Below are positions 56,401-64,000 of a stretch of 64,000 nt of DNA, piece after piece. The translations under genes were made by a program, and so were the position numbers. The notes under the pieces are model-generated. The model searched no databases. It had not been told where the DNA came from and saw only the letters and a program-made list of their open reading frames with translations. Each line of letters starts with the position of its first letter. Position 1 is the stretch's first letter. The stretch is taken from positions 12,212,352 to 12,276,351 of the forward strand of contig NC_092678.1 of the NCBI RefSeq assembly GCF_964355755.1, read 5' to 3'. The DNA is from Antedon mediterranea (Eukaryota > Animalia > Echinodermata).

Positions 56401-59400
56401 TTTTTTGGACAAGTAGTTCCCGAGAAAATGCAATTTAAGTTTACTTGTTAATTTAAGACTGCTCACCGGCTTTTGAAAATTCTGTCCTATCTTTTAACAC
56501 TAGCAGGTCTGAAAATAATTTTTAAAAGTGGTCCAGAATTGGAACCGTGGTCCGGATTTTAACCAAAATTGGGCAGTGTCGTCCTTGCACAAGGTGACAT
56601 GTCTGGTAGTAATTTGGAGTCATTCGAATCAAAACTGTGAGCGCTAGAGTGATGACAAACAAACACACAAACAAACAAACAAATCAACATACTTGGCCAA
56701 TTTTCAATTTGGCCAAGTAACAAACACACACACAAACCAAACAGATCAACATACTTGGCCAATTTTCAATTTGGCCAAGTAAGAAACACACGCTACCGAT
56801 TACATATACCTCCTTGGCGGAGGTAAATAATAGTGCAGACAATGGGCAACCTTGACGTACTCCACATTTCATATTAAAACTGTTTGAGTCAAATGCCTTA
56901 GCAAAGTCAAGAAAAATCATGGCTACTGGTATTTGCTTTTCTTTCGTATAAGACAACACATCTTCAACTACTCTAATATTTTCTCCTCCAAATCTCCCTT
57001 TAATATATCCTTTTTGATCATTACTGATAATTGACCCTAATACTTTTTTAGTCTGTTTGAAAGAGCATGTGCCATTATTTTGTAAATCTACATTTAGAAA
57101 TGTAATTGGTCTCCAGTTTTCGAGACACACTCTCTTTCCACTCTTAAATAAAGATTTATTACACCTAACCTCTGTGAGTTACTTAAACTATTATTGTTGT
57201 AACTGTAATTTAAAGAATTACACAAAATATCTTTTAGATATTCCCAAAAATGACGATAGAATTCGACACGTAGTCCATCAGAACTCGGACTTTTATTCAA
57301 CTTCATGTTAGATATTGCTTTTGTTAGTTCTCTCCTTCTGTTAATATTCCCTCACATTCTATTTTATCTTTTTCCGATAGTTTTTTAACTGTAGTATTTC
57401 GTAAATATTTATTTATTTCATTTTCTGTTAGAATTTTATTTGAATACAGATGTTCATAGAATCTAATTTGTTCCTCTCTAAATAATTAAAGTTAATAATT
57501 TCATGAAGATATTCATTATTTATTTTCTCCATGACACTAAAATAAACTGATCTTTATATTCATTCACGTTGATTGAGAATTAATTCACTCTCCACAAATA
57601 TACTTTTTTTTAACTCTTTGAGTTTTACTGAGTGGAGTTGTGGCATGGTGGTTATGATGCTTGGCTATCAATCCAAGGTTCCTGGGTTCAAGTCCTGACA
57701 TATTTTAGAACTCTACTCCAAAGACTTGTAATAAGACTTTGTTTATGTAGAGCAGCTTGTGTATGTTTGTCTTGTGAACAGGATTGCCACCTTAACGAAG
57801 GATCGTGAATGAATTATGGTTTATGCTTATTATTATCCTTGGCAATTTACCTAAATTTATAAAATAAAACAAACACTACAGTCATGGAAAGACTTGTACT
57901 GCATGATTTAAACTGACCAATAATGTTATTCCATTCGAAATGTTAATGGAAAAAATGTTTACCCAGTGAAAGACTAGGTCATTGAAACATTCTTCCTGTG
58001 TGTGTTCTTTTATAAAACAATGTGGTTTATAAAAAATATTCAAGAAACTTGAAGCGTAGTAGTGAGATATTTGTGTGAGATTTTAGTCTACTGTAAAGTT
58101 AAGGGATCAATTCCCACAAGAAATGGAGTAGTGTTAATATAGAATTTTGTGAAGTGATGAATTAGGCAGGATAATTCAATTCAAAACCTCTATCAAAAAC
58201 ACCAACATACACCTACCTAAAATTAGAAGTTTTCATTTGTTTGTCTCTGTTTATTGTAGGTAAACAACTATGGATCAATTCCCACAAGAAATGGAGTAGA
58301 GTGTTAATATAGAATGTTGTAAAGTGATGAATTAGGCAGGATAATTCAATTCAAAACCACTATCAAAAACACCAACATACACCTACCTAAAATTAGAAGT
58401 TTTCATTTGTTTGTCTCTGTTTATTGTAGGTAAACAACTATGAATGTGAGTTGCAAATTGAAGCACAAACCGTCAGGATTCCAGCAACAGTTGATGAAAC
58501 AAACTCAAATATCACATGTTCACAATACACTGTAAGCATTTTAGCAGTTATTTTAGTCACTAAATGTGAATAGTAACACATTTTGTTTAGATGAATTAAA
58601 AAACCCAACGTGAATGAGATTTTAACAAGTTTATTAGATTTACGTCGATTCCATCCATATGATGACGTTGATCTAAATCAAAGCTAATTTTAAATGGACA
58701 TTTTTATAAAATTGACATAACAAATGCATTCGCTTAGCCATCAAAATTAAAAAAAAAGTTGGTTTTAAATGGTTTCCATTCATAATAATATCAATAAATG
58801 TCATGCTATTGCATACATAGTGCCATAGATGGTTTATTAAATGTTAGAAATTAGATTTCAATTAAAAGGTTTAGTAATAATATAGATTAATGGTTTATGT
58901 GCTAGGTTACGGTTCTGATAATATGTTCATTATAGATTTTTTAAATAGATATTAGAGTATCTTGTGTTAATGTTTTTCCAGTAAACATGAAAGTTTTCTG
59001 TAATTGCAATGTGCCAAAAATTAATTGTAAAAGCGTAACGTGTATTTCATTTTAGTATGACTACACATCTAAGGACAAAAATGAAGTAAATGCATATATT
59101 AAAGTATTTTGGAATGAGAATGTAATTGACAATACTTATCAAGGTTGGTTTCAATTGATTGTTTATATTGATAAGAGTTACAACACAGCTATACAAATGC
59201 CTGTTCCTTATTGAACATATACCAGTTTATAGTCTACATCAACATACTTTTATTATAGACCTAAAGCTATATCTACAATATCAAATTAGTTTGATAAAAA
59301 AGTGTAATGTGTCCCAATATGGTAGTGATTAAAAGTTAAATTAAAAGTGATAATATGATATCATCATGTCCATATATAGGCACATCAATTGCCAATTAAC

Positions 59401-62400
59401 ATGAACCTCCACTGCCACTTGAGATTTATGAATTTCATGCAAACTCATGTTTTAAATCATCTTGCAATTTAGCATTAATACTGTATAATATCCCTTTGTA
59501 AGCTTCAAGCGTTACTATTTGACATAAAACATATTGTTAATATTTCTTGTATTGTATAATTATCTATTTACCAGTTACATTGTACAAATGTAGTGTTCAA
59601 CGTCCAGACTGCAGTCGATGTTATTCAATGAACACCACTAGGTCTGCACTTGATTGTGTCTGGTGTACTGGAGACCAATGTTCCTACAGTCCATTCTGTT
59701 CATCAATAGTGAATGAATGTCCATCACCTGTTATTATTCAGGTAATTCTACTATTTTGATTCTACTTCTATTCTATACTAATCTTGTTTAGGGAATAAAT
59801 TTGATTGAAAACGCGAATCTGAAACTGAAAAACAATTATTATACTACAAGTCTAAATCATTTCTTAAGTAGGCTTTTATGTTTGTTATTGTATTAAAAAA
59901 AGTTGTAATATGTTTTTTTTCAGATTCTTCCCATCTCTGTTGCTACAGTAACTACTCAACCTGAACCTGATTTCACAGAGGTCATTGAACTGTTCGGAAC
60001 TGATTTTGGACAGATGATGTCAGGTATTGACAGCATTACGATAGATAACAAAGAATGTGTAATAGTTGCTGATGGATTTAACATAGCTTTACAAAGGTAT
60101 TTACTGAGAAAAACTTAAATAATAATAACAATAAAATATAGGTACATTCTTTTTTTATTAAATTACATTTTTATTCTTAATAATAGTATACTGTAGTAAA
60201 TTTAAGGGGAAATAATTGAAATATAATTCCTTTAATATAGAACAACAACAACAAATATGAAATATACCGACAGTTATTGTTAGTTTATTTTCTTTTGTTG
60301 CTGTGCAGTTTAGAGGTTACCATTTCCAGTCTACTAAATTACCATACTCTTTATTTATATGATTCTTCTGGTATATATCTCTCGTTGAAATAACCTTTAT
60401 CAACGCAATTAAAATTGTTACATTTTAAAATTTACTATACCCACACAGTGTGAGATGTAAAGCTCCTGTATTTGATAGTGTCTCTAAACGTGACGTTATC
60501 ATAATTGCCCAAGCAAAGACAACTGCACCTATTGTCATACTCTATCAGGTATATTTTTTTTAAATAATGTAACTTAAAAATTTGAGAAATCAGTATATTA
60601 TTTAAAATATTAAAAATAAACATAACTTGTATTGAATGTAATACTGTAGATGTTGTATGTGTAGAAATATAACGTGTTTTTATTTTAGAATCCAATTATA
60701 TCTGAGTTGAGTCCAAGGTTTGGTATTCAAGCTGGTGGAACTACACTAACATTCAGTGGATCTAATTTGAACACTGGGAATGACATAATGGTATCTATTG
60801 ATGAAAGTAAATGTTATGTTACAGAGTAAGAAACACAAATTCAAAGAAATTTATTGATAAGGGCAGGCTAATCTATTAATAAAGGTATAATACATTTTTT
60901 TTCGTCGCTGCAGTAATGTTACATTTATTTCATCTGCTTCTCTGCTAATTGTGCTATAATAATCTCAAAACTATATAAATGATTAGGTTGGTTATTTTAT
61001 TTTGTATCAATTTTTGTGTCAGTATCAATGAAAACCAGATAATGTGTACAACATCAAATTATACAACATCCGGAGCTGAAGTTGCAGTAACAGTAACATT
61101 TGGAAATGCTGTTAGAGATGGTCCTACCTTCTCTTACACTACAAATCCCACAGTGACTGACTTTCAACCTAATCAAGGCATTCAAGCGTAAGAAACTATA
61201 CATTATGTTCTCAATTATAATACATGTATTCGTTCATTGAATAAATGGTGAAGTACTGCAAAGTATGTTTTTATATTACCACGCACAGCTTCAGTAATTG
61301 ATTGATCAATACATTTATTGAATTGATTTCATACCTATCTAAATTGTAAGGATAATTTTTTTCTAAACATTCTTCTAAAATGTATGATATTAAATAAATA
61401 TGTATATTATGTATATTTTTAAATAATTCAAATTTATTGAAATTAAAAATAATAATTTTATTGTAGAGGTGGTCAAAACATCATAGTGACAGGAACAAAT
61501 TTCCAATATGTACAGAAAGCACAGATGTTGTTAAATAGTGTATTAACTGAAAATGTAAGGTTTAAATTATGAATTGATGAATTTCGATTGAAAGAAAGAA
61601 CACTTAGCTACCAATATTAGGGCATACTTACATATGTCCACCATTAAGAACTTGGTAATGGTAATTTATTTAACACTTTCTTCTTCAAAATGATTGTATA
61701 GTTTTGTAGAAATACATATAGGCCTGTCGAGGAATATTAAATGAAATAATTGGACTGGAAACAAAATAATATTTTTTCCTAGAACTGTATAATTCTGTCA
61801 AATGAGAATATGGATTGTGAAAGTCCACCAACCGAAGTCTCCACATCAGGTAGCAGACGGCAGGCAGACCAGGCAGTTTTACCTGTCACCTTTTCATTTG
61901 ATGATTTTGTTCCTACGTTGAATGGTGATTTCGGATTTTCAGTTTTTCCTAATCCAGTTTATTATCTCTTTGATAATACATCTTCTTACGGAGAGAAAAC
62001 GGAAGATCGAAGATATAAATATGACAAAAAAATTGACGAGTTTATGATTCTGATGGTAATTATAATATGTTAAAACATTTTTATTTGGTTTCGATTTAAG
62101 AGTCAGAATTCATGTATTGTAAACCCACAAAAGCTGCTTGACTTGGTCAGTTGTTGCGTATACGATGCCGATTGGACTCCTTTCCAGCCACTTGATGGTT
62201 TTGATATTTAGTCTTATGGTCTCCAAGATTACACCGTGATCAAAGATCAAGACCGTGTCTGAAAATGAGTCCTATATGTCTTCTTGTTTAATTAATAACA
62301 ATCGTTATTATTCTGATTACCTGTAAATATTATCACAATATTTTAAATATAATTAAGTACATAACATGGACTAAATTTATGTGCTTTTAAACATGTAAGG

Positions 62401-63463
62401 TTTACAATTAAATCTTGCAAAATGGACTACCAGAAACGCATCCACAATATCTGAATTGTCATAAACTCATACAGTTTCAAATTTCATATATACAGTTCTT
62501 ATTGGTCAGATGTTTTGCCCAATTCTGACGTAACTGTAAATTATTCTCATTACAAGTGCGAGAGAACATAACTGACCAAATAAATTCAATACATTGCTAC
62601 ATTGGTTCATATAACAATTGTAATCGCGTTTTAAACTTGATTATAGTTTTGAGAATCAGTATTTTATTTATACCAAACATAATTAAAAAAAACTGTATTT
62701 ACATAACAGGGTTCTGACATCAACCTTGCTAGTGATGTTGAGGATGTTGAAGTGTTCATTGGAAGTGTTAAATGCACTGTAAATTCAATAACACGTACAG
62801 TAGTTCTTGTTGAAGTACCAGACAAGGAACCTAATCCAGTAGATGGTGAAGATCATCCTCTTGTTATGGTAGGTCGTGAGATCACCCGAAAATACTTTTA
62901 ACATTATACTATAATGTTTTATTATATCCAATAGTCTGTAACCAATAATGTCAAAATCACACATTGTTTGTAAACGAACTCATTGTAATATTAATTTCTA
63001 TTTAGTTGCTGTTTAGACTTAGATTGAATAAGTAAAACAACGTGCAGAACTTAGAGACAAAAAAAGTATTTGTCAAGATCCTAATTTTACAAAATTCTTA
63101 ATTTTAGTCTTTGCTACTTAAACATTTTTGAATATATTCATTCTAACATTATTACTACTAGACTAGACTGTTTTTAACAAAAAATGTTTAATATTGATTG
63201 TCTCCAAATAACTTTAGATCCGTCATGGAAATCTAAAGTTCACTTTTGGTTCAATAAGATATGTAGGCATTGAATTGTCTACCACCGTCGTAGTTATTAT
63301 AATTACGGTTGTTGTGATTATGGCTATCATCATTACGATCATACCTGTCTACTGGCGTAGATCAAGAATACTCAACAGACAATTGGAAGAAACAACAGTG
63401 AAATTTTTTACAAAAAGTAAGCTAGAAAGCAATATAAATAAACTCAAACTATTGATATCATAA
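36887..63463 (+). CDS. Plexin-like receptor, gene B (paralog of A, same 20-exon structure); C-terminus uncertain
   Basis: Exons: 36887-37936, 38386-38604, 39001-39129, 39631-39746, 39976-40093, 41967-42123, 43249-43345, 44590-44704, 45007-45141, 58430-58531, 59056-59143, 59575-59741, 59924-60096, 60449-60548, 60689-60825, 61023-61187, 61467-61554, 61783-62055, 62710-62868, 63218-63416 (donor GTAAGC), or read-through to TAA at 63463. All are GT-AG, open frame, with exon lengths equal or near-equal to gene A. Confidence 0.9.
38688..38860. repeat. 57-bp tandem repeat x3 (single copy in gene A intron)
   Basis: AAGACTGGTGATAATGAGTAAGATAAGGTACAGAGACATGACATATTTGTCAGCAAC. Confidence 0.95.
40331..41092 (-). 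repeat. ~330-360 bp tandem unit (2 full + 1 partial), each full unit containing a tRNA-like sequence
   Basis: Units are separated by (TA)n. Minus-strand GCCCCAGTGGTCTAATGG..GAGTTCGAGTCCGGTTGGGGCG at 40774-40844 and a similar copy at ~40443-40514. Confidence 0.75.
41241..41857 (+). mobile_element. Solo LTR (Gypsy-like)
   Basis: TGTAATATA..TATATTACA termini, 4-bp TSD GTAC, internal AATAAA at ~41787. Gene A has the empty site (CAGTGTACATCTGG). Confidence 0.85.
42605..43198. mobile_element. Helentron-type element with family-1 termini and an internal tRNA-like segment
   Basis: ACCTCCGCC..GGCGGAGGT ends and (CACAAACA)n. The empty site in gene A (TTTGAAATTAAGG) shows insertion into an A/T run without a real TSD. 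Confidence 0.8.
47140..47300. mobile_element. Palindromic MITE inside the L1 remnant
   Basis: ~65-bp imperfect inverted arms AAGCCGAATTTCCACTAGG.. / ..CCTAGTGGAAAATCGGCTT with TA/TWA flanks. Confidence 0.8.
47383..48225. mobile_element. HINE/DINE-like element (family 3, long form)
   Basis: Same ends as 17861-18103, two (GTCT/GTCG)n tracts, duplicated core. Confidence 0.75.
49330..50133 (+). CDS. LINE ORF1p (coiled coil + RRM-type, L1 ORF1-like)
   Basis: 267 aa; heptad-rich region, LERYTRSFNLRFGGIKE, ENAHRTG, PRHIIAKF, GNLYING. Confidence 0.85.
   Translation: MSRERRNNKKDKEKDRVLLAPESSTLDSECGDPDGTEATEVGMLRRELRTFQTIIKGKLNSIILNQEALLKRIDKIEHKQTELEKSIAFTSDSIVEIEKKIVSFCTDIEAVKTSMDADRNNVTLLQNQILKLERYTRSFNLRFGGIKESIDEIPIEKINEIIKNDLKLPNITVENAHRTGKPRTSPTGAPRHIIAKFLFRPQRYQVLMQAKTGHVLKNKGIFVLEDLPETDLKKKRNLREIMAKAYGERKRPVFRNGNLYINGKLHS
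50806..53796 (+). CDS. LINE ORF2p: AP endonuclease + reverse transcriptase
   Basis: 996 aa; endonuclease motifs LQETW, GDFN, SDH; RT motifs YRPIS, QYGFR, FLDLSKAFD, GVPQGSILGP, YADD. Confidence 0.95.
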   Translation: MLPFLSNTTDDDDEDLNPYLKYNESKYYHVEEFRQISNISDDVSFLSLNCRSIVNKFDQFSQFIDSLNYKFSVIALQETWLSDNDEVSFFNLPNYVLVNRNRTGRRGGGVALYISDNLCYKPRDDLSKLITEAESLFIDIIIDGKYISAGVIYRPPESKISIFNNQFTEVMNIITKEKTHSYLMGDFNLDLNLYHSNCNVQCHVDATVSNSFLPLINKPTRVTENTSSIIDNIYSNSTNNHNINTGIIYTDISDHYPIFAITKSENRKKNTKQSFILKRTYFHQQVESFKEDLAIENWQPVLRTEDANIAYSTFAHNFKHLIDKNFPLKKIKAKANKDRSPWITEAIAKSITTKGRLYSSYRKNPTPSNKLKYTKYRNKLTALIKKRKEEYYFTQFENNKSNTKKTWKTINTIMGRTKTRQLPPTINHDFKQFNTPSEKANAFNTYFTSIGETLAKRISQEPQITESSSYLTGNYVNSMFLRPVTEDEIKTLLENLETNKTPGHDDIGALYLKPYSNYLKRPITHLINISLATGCFPDELKIAKTIPIFKNGDKSEINNYRPISILPCLSKVYERVVSNQTISFLNKNNVLNKSQYGFRQQHSTIHALLDTFEKITSAIEQKCFMIGIFLDLSKAFDSMDHHILLQKMRHYGIRGVVLDWFKSYLSTRKQFVNVEGKKSETKYIKYGVPQGSILGPLLFLIFINDMPFACRNTNVIMYADDTNVFLQHNDITRAFDILNYEMACLSNWFIANRLTVNTKKTNYIVFTSRNVKIDTSNLTLLINTDIIERVNQTKFLGVHLDEKLSFAYHINSIAKKVSTAIGTMNKIKCVLPYEILLKIYNSLILPNLTYAITLWGSTNQTILNRLYILQKKALRNVCNVPFHHPSLPLFARTKTLKLSELYQKSVAILMFKFHHKKLPITFDSFFATNNSKHNYETRAKDNLSTAFKRTLLGQQSVTYRGTNVWNSLPNDIKMSTSIGMFKHKIHDMFVTSYLYF
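54347..56051. mobile_element. Two tandem ~0.8-kb HINE-like units (family 4) sharing one terminal hairpin
   Basis: Units start at 54347 and 55160 (TGAAAGCACTCAGA..TACTTGGCAAAA); end hairpin TACTTGGCAAAATTCTTTTTTGCCAAGTA at 56023-56051. Confidence 0.75.
56057..56783. mobile_element. HINE-like element (family 5) with duplicated terminal hairpin
   Basis: Starts CTAGCCTTCGCGCATAGCGCGATACTTGGCCAAA; hairpin TACTTGGCCAATTTTCAATTTGGCCAAGTA occurs twice (~56690, ~56752). Confidence 0.75.
57630..57872 (+). mobile_element. tRNA-derived SINE-like element
   Basis: A box TGGCATGGTGG, B box GGTTCAAGTCC, A-rich tail; not evident in the homologous gene A intron. Confidence 0.5.
58105..58442. repeat. ~170-bp tandem duplication covering the exon-10 splice acceptor of gene B
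   Basis: GGATCAATTCCCACAAG..TTATTGTAGGTAAACAACTATG occurs twice. Confidence 0.95.
63218..63463 (+). CDS. Gene B transmembrane/juxtamembrane exon
   Basis: CTTTAG acceptor, then IRHGNLKFTFGSIRY, TM TVVVIIITVVVIMAIIITIIPVYW and RRSR. Possible donor at 63417, or stop at 63463. Confidence 0.8.
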   Translation: MRHGNLKFTFGSIRYVGIELSTTVVVIIITVVVIMAIIITIIPVYWRRSRILNRQLEETTVKFFTKSKLESNINKLKLLIS

Positions 63464-64000
63464 AGGGCTTTGAAAAGTAAAAGCTAAATTTGGATATATG
63501 AGTGATGTAAAATATAACTCATTATTTCTACAAAAAAAAAACAAAACCCAGAAACTAAGAGTAGTGATTTTACTTCTTGAAATTAGACAGATTTTTAATT
63601 ACTATCGCAAGTCATCTAGAAACGAGTTTTAACAATTTTTTGTAATAAAATTACCTTGTGATCTTCACTATTGATGTATTATTTAGGTTAAATACATGCA
63701 TTGGCATCTACTCAACAAAACCAACAAGATAATGAGAGTGCCTATATGAATACGCTACTGGCAAACTAATCTATATATAAATTTACGTAAGGGCAAAATT
63801 CGGTAAATCGCGCCTTACTTCTAGAATTTTCACTCGATGGTATGTAAAGTTGGTTCGTACTTTCGGTACTGATTTTAACCGCCTGATGTAACCCTGTTTA
63901 CTAATTAAATTGAGTTAGATAATTAGTTATTGACGATTAAAACGAATTTAGGTTCAACGATTTGCCCCAAATAGGGGTGTTTTCCGATCGTGGTATACAC

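Larger units (their letters stand above)
48810..56826. mobile_element. Family-1 Helentron-type element interrupted by a full-length LINE and further HINEs
   Basis: Pieces 48810-49187, 54095-54345 and ~56785-56826 together reconstitute the 3980-4654 element. Removing it rejoins the L1 frame (LSALLF-TVVVEV). Confidence 0.85.
45158..57485 (-). mobile_element. 5'-truncated L1/Tx1-clade LINE (degenerate), split by later insertions
   Basis: Fragments at 57485-56827 and 48809-45158: NWRPITFLNVD, QKGYIKGR, FLDFAKAFD, GVRQGCPLSALLF|TVVVEVMA, AQLADDT, CDRC..EHMLLKC. AATAAA plus poly(A); TSD TTAAAGTT at 45150-45157 and 57486-57493. Confidence 0.85.

Noticed and set aside
188-63463. A and B as an assembly artefact (two haplotypes joined inverted), or as MET/RON or semaphorin genes
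   Set aside because: The TM exons and 3' introns are far too divergent for alleles. Three PSI domains interleaved with IPT repeats and the juxtamembrane helix fit plexin architecture. No kinase exon is visible in the window.

Overview
AT-rich, intron-rich animal (invertebrate, possibly echinoderm-like; inference) genomic DNA. The window is spanned by two paralogous plexin-like receptor genes arranged head-to-head. Gene A is on the minus strand (20 coding exons, 22882->188, probably continuing off the left edge). Gene B is on the plus strand (20 coding exons, 36887->63416/63463). Both encode signal peptide-Sema-3xPSI-multiple IPT/TIG-TM, and every exon has GT-AG boundaries with matching phases and an open frame. 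The ectodomain exons I compared base by base are 93-98% identical, even where flanking introns cannot be aligned by eye. The TM/juxtamembrane exons are deeply diverged. A keeps a furin-type RSRR site and a plexin juxtamembrane helix; B lacks the RxRR and may have only a short tail. This pattern resembles gene-conversion-maintained paired receptors. Introns and the ~14 kb intergenic region hold many transposons: an intact two-ORF LINE, L1/Tx1, L2, RTE and RTEX remnants, an Academ-like element, nested MULE-like MITEs, a solo LTR, SINE-like elements and many Helentron-type (HINE/DINE-like) elements. These include a multi-level nested stack that expands one intron from 868 bp (A) to 13.3 kb (B). 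All calls were made by manual reading; no database searches were run.
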